DNA of 64,000 nucleotides from Candidatus Heimdallarchaeota archaeon (lineage in GTDB: Archaea > Asgardarchaeota > Wukongarchaeia > Wukongarchaeales > JBHIFL01). Shown piece after piece: positions 51,408 through 61,837 of this stretch (the first letter of the stretch is position 1; each line of letters begins with the position of its first letter). Both the position numbers and the translations under genes were made by a program. The notes under the pieces were generated by a model. The model was not told the origin of the DNA. It made no database searches and was given only the letters and a program-made list of their open reading frames with translations. The stretch spans positions 1 to 64,000 of the forward strand of contig JBHIFL010000012.1 in NCBI GenBank assembly GCA_046761065.1. The letters run 5' to 3'.

Positions 51408-51836
51408 CTAGCCGACTCCAAGTCGACCAAGGATCCGTTTTGTGATTTTTTCTCGACCAAGAGCGGCTTTTTCATCAACTTCTAAAGAAAGGCCAATTCC
51501 GTCCAGTTTCTGCTGGATAGCTCCCCGGCTACTACTATAAATCATCTTTTCTCGTATTGGACTCTCTAAAGGGCAGTAGAAAATTAGAATGATTTTTTCA
51601 CTTTCTAATCCTGCACGATTTGTGAAAGTGAAATCTGTAATGATGTAGCGGGGGACATCGTCTGGAAGTTCCTCAACTAGTGTCTCATACCCACCTGAAT
51701 AGGTCTTTTCAAGGGCTACTTCATCCTCTTGGAGCATCAAGACTAAAGATTTATATGTCCGGTTAAACCGGAGATCATTGTAGGCTTGTATAACATTCTC
51801 TGCAATCTCATAACCGGAAATTGCCAAATTATTCAC
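51408..51836 (-). CDS. ADF/cofilin-family actin-depolymerising protein
   Basis: SG...YNDLR...LPDDVPRYIITDF...KIILIFYCP...PIREKMIYSSSR..I..KLDG matches the cofilin consensus end to end. Confidence 0.85.
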   Translation of the reverse strand: MNNLAISGYEIAENVIQAYNDLRFNRTYKSLVLMLQEDEVALEKTYSGGYETLVEELPDDVPRYIITDFTFTNRAGLESEKIILIFYCPLESPIREKMIYSSSRGAIQQKLDGIGLSLEVDEKAALGREKITKRILGRLGVG

Positions 51837-52245
51837 CTCATCTTAATCCAGAAGGGTTCAACGGTTTATTTTATCAGGGGTTACCAAAAAACATTTCTGA
51901 ACCCTTGGAGGAGTGCGGCAAATATTTACTCATTAAGGGACAAAGTACACTTTTTAAATTGAATGATGTTTGTAAAACTCTTCCAACAACTACATCTCTG
52001 TTAAATGAATACACTTTGACCTACATGATTTGCTTTGTTTACAATCATCTAAGCTTATTTTTGTTACTTGTAAGTTAGAATTATTTTCATTCAAACTCGA
52101 CTTGAGACGAAGAAGCAGAAATCAGTTAAATTTCATTATTATTTAAAGGGAAAAGTTACTTTATACTATTTGAAAACAATAGGTTATTTTTAAAAGGTCA
52201 GGCGTCACAGAAAATTCCCACGAAAAAGAATTAACTGGTGATTGC

Positions 52246-52599
52246 ATGGCAGGTTACGAAAAGATTGGATATGTACTTGGGTTTTTTGGAGGAGTATTAA
52301 TGATCATTGTCCCCATATTAGATTTAATCGGAACAGGTAGTGTTCATATAGCGTCGTTAGAGCGGTTTGTAGGGGTAGGGCTTTCCGGGAACGAACTCCT
52401 TACTACAATAATTCAAATCATAATTGCTATTATAATCCTAGGCATGATAGGGACTGGCCCTCTCCAAGTGAGCAAAGAGCCAAATGAATTACTCGTAGGA
52501 ATTATATTGATTATTTTAGGATTCATTGGTGGCACAATTGGAGGAGTATTAGCTATAATTGGTGGGATTTTCTATATAATTGAAGTAGCGACCAAATGA
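52246..52599 (+). CDS. small Gly-rich membrane protein
   Basis: Three to four hydrophobic segments; GGTG RBS. Confidence 0.7.
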   Translation: MAGYEKIGYVLGFFGGVLMIIVPILDLIGTGSVHIASLERFVGVGLSGNELLTTIIQIIIAIIILGMIGTGPLQVSKEPNELLVGIILIILGFIGGTIGGVLAIIGGIFYIIEVATK

Positions 52600-52776
52600 G
52601 TTATATTTGTTAGGAATCGAATACCTTAGCTAAATTGAAGAAACATTTTAAAGAGTATTAGGTCTTATAAACAATTCAAAACAATAATAGGTGCTTTTTC
52701 TATTAATTAAAGTAAAAAAAGCCGAAATTTGTACTTATGAACGTTTTAAAGTGTATACTCTTTAGGAAAAAGAATT

Positions 52777-53065
52777 ACTCCGTTATAAGGGCCGGAGTTT
52801 TCCCTCTTATTCTACTTTAACGTCCAAGACCCCGCCGGCTTCCCGGTGGGGGGAATCCCAACCACTAACTAGGCAGCCAGATGGAGAGGCATATGCCCTC
52901 CTGGTAGATTCATGTGGTATTCTATCCCAGGCGGGAAGCTAGTTCTACCTATTCGACTCTACTCGAGAGACTTGCACACTCGGACTAGGTTTCCCGTCAT
53001 ACTGTTGGGAAACCTTCCTCTTTGAGAGAGAGGAACTGACCCGTTCTATAGTTAGAAGGGAAAAA
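52777..53065 (+). ncRNA. unassigned highly structured RNA candidate
   Basis: GC-rich non-coding patch in an AT-rich intergenic region. Terminal helix TTTTCCCT/AGGGAAAA, several hairpins whose G-U pairs favour the + strand, TTTTAAA upstream and oligo-T downstream. Confidence 0.55.
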
Positions 53066-53439
53066 GCATTTAAAGGGTTACCTTTTTTCCCGCTCAAAGG
53101 AGCAGGGAATTCTGCGAGATGTCATATTAATGACAATCAAGTGTAGACGACAAGTACTGAGCGAATCATGATCTCGTAAAAGATGCGGGGTAGTTTTGCT
53201 GATACCATACTTTCTATAGAGGGCTAATATGCTCTTTTAATTCAGTAAAAAAGGTTTACTTTGGGATAAAACACCCTCCAAGTTGTTTTCCCTATTTTGG
53301 ATATATACATTTAAGGGTTTACTATATATATAAAGACCAACAATATATGTAACTTTTATAACTCTTATATTAAAGAACTATAAAAAAGCCGATTGGAATT
53401 CCCCTTCAAGGAAATAATTATTATCTTTTAGAGAAGGAT

Positions 53440-54147
53440 TTGATATCAATGATTGTCGTTAAAAGGAAAAACATTGATGCTATTAAAAACATGGTAGGAA
53501 ACCATTCGAACGTCCTGATTCTTGGATGCGATGGGTGCGCCGGAATCATGCAAGAAGGGGGAAAACGCCAAGCAGACTTATTAGCGATGGGCCTAGAAAT
53601 GAAACGTCAACTTGAGACCGATGAGGAGCTAAAAGTCGAAACAAATACTGTTCTACGGCAATGTGACAAGACAGTTATTCTATCAACAGCTCGAGCGTTT
53701 CATGAAACAGTTAAAAAGAGCGACGTCATCATTTCCTTGGGGTGCGGAGCGGGAGTGCAAACACTGGCAGAAATGTTCCCTCAGAAAATAATTGTGCCTG
53801 GAACCGATACGTTGTTCATTGGAGCCCAAGAACGAGACTTTAGGACCCATATCGAGCTTTGTCGAGCTTGCGGGGATTGTATTTTATTCGATACGGGTGG
53901 TGTTTGTCCCATCACCAGATGTGCAAAGGGACTTATGAATGGTCCCTGTGGAGGAGTGATTGATGGAAAGTGCGAGGTCGGTAATTATACAAAAGATTGT
54001 GCTTGGTTTTTGATATGGAAACGGCTTAAAGAATTGGGACAATTGGAACGATTCACAAAGATTCGGCCTCCACGTAACTTTTCGCAATCCATGGGAGCAC
54101 CGCGCGAATTCAAATATTCTGGTTCAACAGAGGCAGCTATGAAATAA
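53440..54147 (+). CDS. metV: methylene-THF reductase Cys-rich subunit (MetV-like)
   Basis: GCDGCA, CGAGVQ, CRACGDC, CPITRCAKGLMNGPCGG, CAW. Confidence 0.85.
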   Translation: MISMIVVKRKNIDAIKNMVGNHSNVLILGCDGCAGIMQEGGKRQADLLAMGLEMKRQLETDEELKVETNTVLRQCDKTVILSTARAFHETVKKSDVIISLGCGAGVQTLAEMFPQKIIVPGTDTLFIGAQERDFRTHIELCRACGDCILFDTGGVCPITRCAKGLMNGPCGGVIDGKCEVGNYTKDCAWFLIWKRLKELGQLERFTKIRPPRNFSQSMGAPREFKYSGSTEAAMK

Positions 54148-54162
54148 AAGAGGTCACATGCG

Positions 54163-55089
54163 ATGAGAAAAGCATTTGGAAACTTGATGAAAGAACTACA
54201 AGCGGGGAAATTTGTTTTTACAGGAGAACTAGAGCCCGAAAAGAGTACAGATATCTCCGATGTGCTACAAGAGGCGAGAGAATTGAAAGAGCATGTGATC
54301 GCCTGCAATGTGACTGATAACCCGGCTTCTTTTGGGTACATGAGCAGTTTAGCAGCTTCCCACTTGATTCAAGAGCAAACGAGTGTTGAGGTTATCTATC
54401 AATTACGATGTTCAGATCGAAACCGATTAGCTCTGTTTAGTGATCTCTTGGGGGCGGCAGCCTTTGGGATTAAAAATGTCTTGGCGTTGACTGGTGACTA
54501 TGTCAGTTTGGGGGATTTCCCAAACGCAAAACCCGTTTTCGACTATGGATCTACAAACCTCACCTACATGATTCGAACAATGGTGGATAAAAGACAAGAT
54601 CCGAATGGGAATGAAATCCATGGCCCACCACCTGAATTTAATGTGGGAGTGGCAGCAAATCCTGGGGCAAATCCTATCGAACCGGAAATTTTGAAAATTG
54701 GACGGAAAGTGGAAGCCGGAGCAGATTTCGTTCAAACACAAGTGATCTATGATATTGATGTGGCAAAAGACTTTTTGAGAGCCCTACAACCATATAAAAT
54801 TCCTGTCCTCGTTGGAATTTTCCCCATGCGATCATATGGTGTTGCGAAGGGCTTTGATATGTTTGTCCCTGGAGTGAGTGTTCCCAAAGATTTGATGGCG
54901 AAGTTTAAGTATGTAAAAAAGAACATCACTGACAAGCAAGAGCAAAAGGAACATTATGACCGCCTAAATATTGAGTATTTTGGACCAATTATCAAAGAAT
55001 TGAAAGCCTCAAGCCTCTGCGCAGGGATGCACATTATGTCGGTTCATTATACACGGATCACGCCCAAATTACTGGAGATTCTTAGCTAA
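54163..55089 (+). CDS. metF: methylenetetrahydrofolate reductase
   Basis: NVTDNP, DRNRLAL, LALTGD, KVEAGADFVQTQ. Confidence 0.92.
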   Translation: MRKAFGNLMKELQAGKFVFTGELEPEKSTDISDVLQEARELKEHVIACNVTDNPASFGYMSSLAASHLIQEQTSVEVIYQLRCSDRNRLALFSDLLGAAAFGIKNVLALTGDYVSLGDFPNAKPVFDYGSTNLTYMIRTMVDKRQDPNGNEIHGPPPEFNVGVAANPGANPIEPEILKIGRKVEAGADFVQTQVIYDIDVAKDFLRALQPYKIPVLVGIFPMRSYGVAKGFDMFVPGVSVPKDLMAKFKYVKKNITDKQEQKEHYDRLNIEYFGPIIKELKASSLCAGMHIMSVHYTRITPKLLEILS

Positions 55090-55165
55090 TGAAAAACACG
55101 GTTGAAGAGATGAATGTTGTAATTTTTTCATGATTTAGTGATCATTATCTGATAATCGAAAAAGA

Positions 55166-58100
55166 ATGGAAGAATGGAAGATGACAAGCACAACCGAGAA
55201 CGGAAACCACAGTATCGTGGTGATCGGGGGTGGCATAGCTGGGATCTCCGCGTCTCTCGATCTAGCAGAACAAGGTCATCATGTTTATCTTGTAGAACGT
55301 TCGCCCTCGATCGGGGGACGAATGGCCCAATTGGATAAAACCTTTCCGACCCTCGATTGCAGTATTTGCATTCTTGCTCCAAAAATGGTGGAAACCTTAA
55401 GACATCCCAATATTACCCTCCTTACCTATTCCGAAGTAGAGGACGTTCAGCAGCGTGAAGATGGCACGTTCAAGGTGAAAGTTCGAAGAAAAGCCCGCTA
55501 TGTCAAAGAAGAGATTTGTACCGGGTGCGCCCTCTGTACCACGGTATGTCCAAGACGAGCACCAAATGAATTTGAGATGGGTCTTGCAAATCGTACTGCT
55601 ATTTACATTCCCTTCCCACAAGCCGTGCCTGCTGTCGCTACAATCGATCCAAAGATTTGTCGACGCCTTACAGGCAGAAAATGTAATGCCTGTACCCGTG
55701 TCTGTGAGCGGGGGGCTTTAGATTTTGATCAAAAAGATCGTTTCATTGACCTTGACGTGACTTCAATAATCATTGCTACGGGTTTTGAGTTACTCGATCC
55801 TGAAGCGATGTTAGCATATGGATATGGCAGATTAGAAGATGTTGTTACATCGTTAGAATACGAACGGATGATGTCAGCTTCAGGTCCTTCCAGCGGAGAG
55901 ATCCTTCGACCATCAGATAGCAAGCATCCAAAGACAATTGCCTTTATTCTCTGTGTAGGATCGCGTAACATCAAGAAGAAGAGCTATTGTAGTAAAATAT
56001 GCTGCATGTATGCTACAAAAGAGGCGATGATCACTCGTGAACATGCGCCAAACACGGAAGTAATTGTCTACTACAATGATAAGCGGGCTATTGGGAAGGG
56101 GCATGAAGAATTCTTCAACCGAGCCGCAACAGAATTTGGAATCACATACAAGATAGGCTTACCCAGCGAAGTTCTCAGGGAACCCGAGACAGACCGTCTC
56201 CTCATTGAGCATGCCAATCTAGAGAAAGGCAGCCTTGATAAAGATCTTGTAGACCTTGTAGTTCTTCTTCCTGCTATCGTTCCCAGTGCAGGAACTGATA
56301 AATTGGCTGAGATTCTTGGAGTAGAGGTAGACGAAGCCGGCTTTATTTGGACTGACCCCAACAATCCTGTCCAGACCTCAGTCCCGAACATTTTTGCGTG
56401 TGGCTGTATTACAGGTCCTGAAGACATTTCAACTTCGGTGATTCAAGGATCTGCAGCCGCTGCTGCAGCTGCGAATGTGCAGCCACCCAAAGAAATTGTT
56501 CCAGTCGAAATTTCAGGTGAAACCCGATCAATTGTTCCTTCCCAATATACAGAACCACGAATCGGCGTTTACGTCTGTGCATGTGGTATAAACATAGGAG
56601 GAACTATTGATGTTCCCTTAGTTGCTGATTATGCCAAAACCCTCAAAAATGTAGTATATGCCACAGATATGACCTATGTTTGTTCTCAAGACGCGCAAGA
56701 CGCAATTAAAAAGGCTATAAAAACATATCAACTCAATTGTCTCGTTGTTGCGTCATGTACACCCCGTACCCACCTCAAATTATTCCAAGAAACCGCCAAT
56801 GAGGCCGGACTAAATCCTTATTTGGTAGATATGGCAAGTCTTCGCGAGCTCGACTCATGGGTGCACATGACCGAACCGCAAAAAGCAACAGAAAAAGCAA
56901 AAGACCTTGTTCGAATGTCTGTCGCGCGGGCGCGCCTCCTAAGTCCCAAAACAACTACGATCACGCGAATTCTACCCGTGGCTTGTGTTATCGGTGCGGG
57001 AGTTGCTGGGATGACTGCTGCGCTCACAATCGCTGAAAAGGGGTATTCAACCTATTTAATAGAACGAGAAGCCGACATCGGTGGTTTTGTTAGAGAACTC
57101 CATTTTATTGACTTTCTGGAAACGCGAGGAGAAACAGTACTCAAGGCTCTAAGCGATAAAGTCTGGAATCATCCACACATCACCGTGCTCACATCAACAG
57201 AGGTGCAGACTGTAAATGGGGCTATTGGCAATTTTGAAATAGGTGTGACAGGTCACGACAAAATTCAAGCAGGTGTAATCATTATTGCCACTGGAGCGGA
57301 GCATTTCAAGCCTGAAGGTTACTACCATTATGGCGAGTCTCCAAAGATTCAGACCCAACTGGACTTTGCGCAAGCAATTCGAGATGGCACCGTCGGTGAA
57401 AACGAAATTATTACTATGATCTTGTGTACTGGCGCCCGCGAAACGAACGGACGGGAGTATTGCTCCCTCGTTTGCTGCTCAGAAGCCATTAAAGATGCCT
57501 TATTTGCGAAAAAGAAATTCCCCAACACCCAAGTAAACGTCTTATTTCGAGACATTCGAGTACACTATGAAGGAGAAGACTATTTCAGGAAAGCCCGAGG
57601 GCTAGGCGTCCGGTTCCTCAACTATACCCCTGAAGCTCCTCCACAGGTAGAAATCAGCCCGAATAATGGTATAACGGTTAGAGTTCATGAAACAGTCACG
57701 CGAACGGATCTTAAACTGCCTTCTGACCGTTTAGTTCTTGTCACCCCTATAGTTGCTAACAAGGATAACCACCGATTAAGTGAAATGTTGAAAGTTCCCC
57801 TCGAGACTAATGAATTCTTTCTTGAAGCACATGTGAAACTACGCCCCGTCGATTTCGCTACAGAGGGAATCTTTGTATGCGGGACCGCTAACGGTCCGAA
57901 GAATGTGCGTGATTCTTTGGCTCAAGCAGCCGCGGCCGCTTCCCGCGCTCTCACATTCCTAATGAAAGGCATTTCTGAAGCGGAACCACTCACCGCAGAA
58001 GTCAATCGGTTACTTTGTATTGGCTGTTCAAATTGTGTTTTCGCTTGTAGCTATAACGCCATTTACATGGAAGACGACAATATCGCAGCTGTAAATCCGG

Positions 58101-58786
58101 CACTCTGCAAAGGATGCGGAGTCTGTGCTGTAACCTGCCCCGCAGAAGCCATTACCATGCATCACTTCACCAATGAACAAATAATGGCTATGGTAGAAAC
58201 CGTTCTTGAGGATCCAGGTCTACCAGAGGAGCCAAAAATTGTTGGATTGCTCTGTAATTGGTGTTGCTATGCAGGTGCGGATAATGCAGGGGTTAGCAGA
58301 TTCCAGTACCCACCAGCGATTCGTCCCATTCGTGTGATGTGTTCTGGCCGCGTCGACCCCTTAATCATCTTACGAGCCTTTCAATTGGGCGCTGATGGTT
58401 TCTTTGTCGGTGGCTGTCATCCAGGCGATTGCCATTACATCGCTGGAAACTATCACGCACAAAAGGAACTAACTGATTTGAAGAATGTTTTAGCAGAAAT
58501 TGGTATCAACCCCGAAAGATTACGCCTTGAATGGGTTTCGGCATCTGAAGGCAAACGATTTGCAGACGTGATCACAGAATTTACCGAACAAATTCGAGCT
58601 ATGGAACCAATCGAATTTCGAAAGAAGCGCCTTACGATAACAGCACAACAAATCAGCGGAGAACAAGCGTTACTAACAACCGAAGAAAGCCCTAATCAAC
58701 TTGGAGGCCCCACAAAAGACCAACCAGAAACGAGCGAAGGTTCAAATGGTCCTGATGAAGATGAATTCCCAATTACGGAGGAATAA
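55166..58786 (+). CDS. hdrA: HdrA-like flavoprotein (duplicated FAD module) fused to MvhD
   Basis: GGGIAG, QLDKTFPTLDCSICI, ferredoxin motifs, second GAGVAG; C-terminal CNWCCYAGAD, MCSGRV, GCHPGDCHY. Confidence 0.92.
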   Translation: MEEWKMTSTTENGNHSIVVIGGGIAGISASLDLAEQGHHVYLVERSPSIGGRMAQLDKTFPTLDCSICILAPKMVETLRHPNITLLTYSEVEDVQQREDGTFKVKVRRKARYVKEEICTGCALCTTVCPRRAPNEFEMGLANRTAIYIPFPQAVPAVATIDPKICRRLTGRKCNACTRVCERGALDFDQKDRFIDLDVTSIIIATGFELLDPEAMLAYGYGRLEDVVTSLEYERMMSASGPSSGEILRPSDSKHPKTIAFILCVGSRNIKKKSYCSKICCMYATKEAMITREHAPNTEVIVYYNDKRAIGKGHEEFFNRAATEFGITYKIGLPSEVLREPETDRLLIEHANLEKGSLDKDLVDLVVLLPAIVPSAGTDKLAEILGVEVDEAGFIWTDPNNPVQTSVPNIFACGCITGPEDISTSVIQGSAAAAAAANVQPPKEIVPVEISGETRSIVPSQYTEPRIGVYVCACGINIGGTIDVPLVADYAKTLKNVVYATDMTYVCSQDAQDAIKKAIKTYQLNCLVVASCTPRTHLKLFQETANEAGLNPYLVDMASLRELDSWVHMTEPQKATEKAKDLVRMSVARARLLSPKTTTITRILPVACVIGAGVAGMTAALTIAEKGYSTYLIEREADIGGFVRELHFIDFLETRGETVLKALSDKVWNHPHITVLTSTEVQTVNGAIGNFEIGVTGHDKIQAGVIIIATGAEHFKPEGYYHYGESPKIQTQLDFAQAIRDGTVGENEIITMILCTGARETNGREYCSLVCCSEAIKDALFAKKKFPNTQVNVLFRDIRVHYEGEDYFRKARGLGVRFLNYTPEAPPQVEISPNNGITVRVHETVTRTDLKLPSDRLVLVTPIVANKDNHRLSEMLKVPLETNEFFLEAHVKLRPVDFATEGIFVCGTANGPKNVRDSLAQAAAAASRALTFLMKGISEAEPLTAEVNRLLCIGCSNCVFACSYNAIYMEDDNIAAVNPALCKGCGVCAVTCPAEAITMHHFTNEQIMAMVETVLEDPGLPEEPKIVGLLCNWCCYAGADNAGVSRFQYPPAIRPIRVMCSGRVDPLIILRAFQLGADGFFVGGCHPGDCHYIAGNYHAQKELTDLKNVLAEIGINPERLRLEWVSASEGKRFADVITEFTEQIRAMEPIEFRKKRLTITAQQISGEQALLTTEESPNQLGGPTKDQPETSEGSNGPDEDEFPITEE

Positions 58787-58788
58787 GA

Positions 58789-59259
58789 ATGACCAAAGCA
58801 ATCAAGTTGTATAAAGAAGACTTTTCATTCTGTTTTAGGTGTGGTATGTGTTCTAGTGGGTGTCTAGTCTTTGATGAATTCGACTACAAACCCCATGAGA
58901 TCCCATTAACGTTAGCTTTTGGGGATATCCAGAAACTGATTTCAAATAAAAAGATTTGGCTTTGTTTGACTTGTTTAACCTGTTCAGAACGATGTCCCCA
59001 AGGAGTGGAAGTTGCTGAACTCCTGATGGATATCAAAAATGATGCGATAAAGGCTGGATTCGTCCCCGACCCTGTCCGAGAAGAAGCCCTTCTATTCATT
59101 GATTCAGGAGTTGTAGTGCCTTATACAGCTGCTAGTAAACGGATGCGACAACAAATGAAATTAACTGAACCAACGACACCCAATATAGAGGAAATACAAA
59201 AGATTATGGAAGTAACAGGGTTTTACTATCGCTTTAAAAAGAAAGAATCAATGGAGTGA
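58789..59259 (+). CDS. hdrC: heterodisulfide reductase subunit C-like
   Basis: CFRCGMCSSGC; WLCLTCLTCSERCP. Confidence 0.9.
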   Translation: MTKAIKLYKEDFSFCFRCGMCSSGCLVFDEFDYKPHEIPLTLAFGDIQKLISNKKIWLCLTCLTCSERCPQGVEVAELLMDIKNDAIKAGFVPDPVREEALLFIDSGVVVPYTAASKRMRQQMKLTEPTTPNIEEIQKIMEVTGFYYRFKKKESME

Positions 59260-60122
59260 TCCAAATGCCCGAGTATGCATTATATCCAGGATGTCTTGTA
59301 AGCTATCGGTATCCTCATCTGGAACTAGCTGTACGAAAGATCACTGAGACTTTGAACGTTCGTCTTGAAGACATGGAAGGCACTTCATGCTGTCCCGAGC
59401 CTCAAGGGATTCAATCCACTGATAAAAGAACATGGATGGCCTTAGCGGCACGAAACATAGCAATAGCAGAAGAGATGGGAAAAGATATTCTGACACTTTG
59501 TAATGGCTGCTTTGAAACCCTCAAATCAGTGAACGTTCGGTTAAAGCGTCATCCCGAACTAAAAGAAGACGTGAATCAAATACTGGCTACGATTGACAAA
59601 GAATTCAAAGGTACCATTCGGGTTAAGAATATTATCCACCTCTTTGATGATATCGGCATCTCAACAATGCATCTCAAAATCGAAAAACCCATGACCCATA
59701 TCCGAACTGCAGTCCACTATGGTTGCCACATGCTCAGACCGTCCGATATCCTTGAAGTTGTTGCCGCTGATCGACCCACGATGCTAGACCATCTAGTCGA
59801 ACTAACTGGCGCAAAACCAGTGGAATATGAAGGGAAAGTTCACTGTTGTGGATACCCGGTCAGAAACTTTGATCCAGAGCTGTCGTTACGTCTTGCACAC
59901 GACAAACTATTCAACATACAGCGTTCAGCAGCTAATTGTATAACGTTACTTTGCCCCTGCTGTTTCTCCACATTCGATACCCGGCAAGCCCTAGTCAACC
60001 GGACGTTCGGGACGTCGTTTAATATTCCTTCTTTCCATTATGCTGAATTGCTAGCGCTCGCCCTAGGGTACACTCCAGAAGAACTTGCTTTAGATAGACA
60101 TCGAGTCAAACTCCCTTTATAA
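59256..60122 (+). CDS. hdrB: heterodisulfide reductase subunit B-like
   Basis: YPGC, CCP, CNGC, HYGCH, CCG, CPCC (two CCG domains). Confidence 0.9.
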   Translation: MIQMPEYALYPGCLVSYRYPHLELAVRKITETLNVRLEDMEGTSCCPEPQGIQSTDKRTWMALAARNIAIAEEMGKDILTLCNGCFETLKSVNVRLKRHPELKEDVNQILATIDKEFKGTIRVKNIIHLFDDIGISTMHLKIEKPMTHIRTAVHYGCHMLRPSDILEVVAADRPTMLDHLVELTGAKPVEYEGKVHCCGYPVRNFDPELSLRLAHDKLFNIQRSAANCITLLCPCCFSTFDTRQALVNRTFGTSFNIPSFHYAELLALALGYTPEELALDRHRVKLPL

Positions 60123-60338
60123 TTATAATTTCATCAACACTGCCCAAAGAATTCTAACCGCAAAATCTTCACTACTTAATGGAAGAACACTTCCTTTTTA
60201 TGTTCTTAAATAATATAAAAAAGGATTATACACTTTATTTGTCCAGATCCGAGTAAACTCTAATTGAATGTAAGATCTCATCGGATTTAGAAGTGCTTGC
60301 CTTGGCAGGACCCTCTAAGGAATCACTATAAAGTTGGG

Positions 60339-60578
60339 CTACATGCCTGTCTCAAAACAAACTAAGGTTGTGGTGCTTTTAATTCCTGGAATTAAATGGA
60401 TTTTTTGTTCAACAATACGCATAAGATCAGTAATGGAGTCCTGTTCGACCTCTATAATTATATCATATATTCCTAAGACTAAATGCCCTTCTACCACTCC
60501 AGGAATGCTTAAACATGCAGTTAGGACATTCCTCATTTTTCCTGGCTCTGTTGAAATTTGAATATAAGCTTTCACCAT
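60339..60578 (-). CDS. stand-alone Lrp/AsnC ligand-binding domain protein
   Basis: AYIQI...GIYDII...IPGIKSTTT. Confidence 0.85.
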   Translation of the reverse strand: MVKAYIQISTEPGKMRNVLTACLSIPGVVEGHLVLGIYDIIIEVEQDSITDLMRIVEQKIHLIPGIKSTTTLVCFETGM

Positions 60579-60786
60579 TTTTTTAATCGCCTCCTTTTTC
60601 TCTTTCAGACGCTTGTTCCCACTTGTATAGAATATATTCTCTCAATTGCATTATACGTCCTGTCGGGAGAAATATTTTTGTAACGACATATAATGTGTAT
60701 ATAATGTTTTCGCTGGTTTTGAGATTTAAGCAAATTAACTTCAAGAAGACACAAAAACTTACCATGCGTTTGAGAGGACATCAAGA

Positions 60787-61785
60787 ATGGTACGATTCGG
60801 AATTGAGTTTATTCCACGCACTGAAGTGATTGATATCGCATACTATGCGCGGATTGCTGAGGAACGCGGCTTCGATGCTATCTGGATTACAGACCACTAT
60901 TTTAACAGACCATGTTTTGTAGCTTTGACACATGTTGCGCTATACACGAATTCGATTAAGATTGGTTCGGGTGTTACAAACCCCTACCATATCAATCCGG
61001 CGGTTATTGCCTCATCTATAGCTACAATTGATGAAATCAGTGGGAAGCGGACAATATTAGGAATTGGAGCGGGAGATCGGCTCACACTCAACACATTAGG
61101 AATTACTCGTAAAAAGGCACTTGCGGCCATGCGAGAGAGCATCGATATCATCCGACAGCTCTGGGTTGGAAAAAGTGTTAAATTTAAGGGGGAAGTATTT
61201 AACATTCCAAATGCAAAATTAGGTTTCAAGGTAGGAAGAATTTTACCCATTTATCTTGCTGCCCAAGGACCAAAGATGACAGAGCTAGCCGCTGAGATTG
61301 CTGATGGGGTCTTGATAAATGGTTCGCATCCTCGAGATTATGTGATTGCCAAAACACATCTCGATCAAGGTTCACGAAAAGCACAGAAAACATTGGAAAA
61401 TTTTGATATTGCAGCATATACCGCATTTTCCATTGATAAAGATCCCAAGAAAGCTCTGACACTCGCGAAAGAAGTTGTTGCATACATTGTAGTGGGATCT
61501 CTCCCAGAAGTGCTGGAACGCCATAATATCCCCTATGAGGAAGTTTTACGCCTTGAACAACTTTTAACCCAAAGAAAACGCCACGAAGCCATCGAATCTG
61601 TCACTCCCGAGATGGTAGAAGCCTTTGCAGTAACTGGGACCACTGAAGAGTGCATTGATAAGATTGAAACCCTTCTAAAAATCGGAGCAACTCAAATCGT
61701 CTGTGGGGCTCCATTAGGGCGTGATGTGGCTCGTGCAATCAAAGATATTGGTAAAAACATCCTTCCCGCCTTTAGGGAATCCTAA
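60787..61785 (+). CDS. mer: Mer-like F420-dependent LLM oxidoreductase
   Basis: RFGIEF, WITDHYFNR, GVTNPY, IYLAAQGPKM, DGVLIN. Confidence 0.85.
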   Translation: MVRFGIEFIPRTEVIDIAYYARIAEERGFDAIWITDHYFNRPCFVALTHVALYTNSIKIGSGVTNPYHINPAVIASSIATIDEISGKRTILGIGAGDRLTLNTLGITRKKALAAMRESIDIIRQLWVGKSVKFKGEVFNIPNAKLGFKVGRILPIYLAAQGPKMTELAAEIADGVLINGSHPRDYVIAKTHLDQGSRKAQKTLENFDIAAYTAFSIDKDPKKALTLAKEVVAYIVVGSLPEVLERHNIPYEEVLRLEQLLTQRKRHEAIESVTPEMVEAFAVTGTTEECIDKIETLLKIGATQIVCGAPLGRDVARAIKDIGKNILPAFRES

Positions 61786-61837
61786 AGATCTCAAGAAAAC
61801 AGATATAAATCTGAAAGGGGGCCAGATTCCTATGCCC

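Noticed and set aside
52777-53065. SRP RNA, RNase P RNA, group I intron or cobalamin riboswitch
   Set aside because: Only isolated words match (GAGGAA, GTGCAAG, GGGAAG, GAGACTTGC). I could not build the diagnostic pairings, so it is left unassigned.
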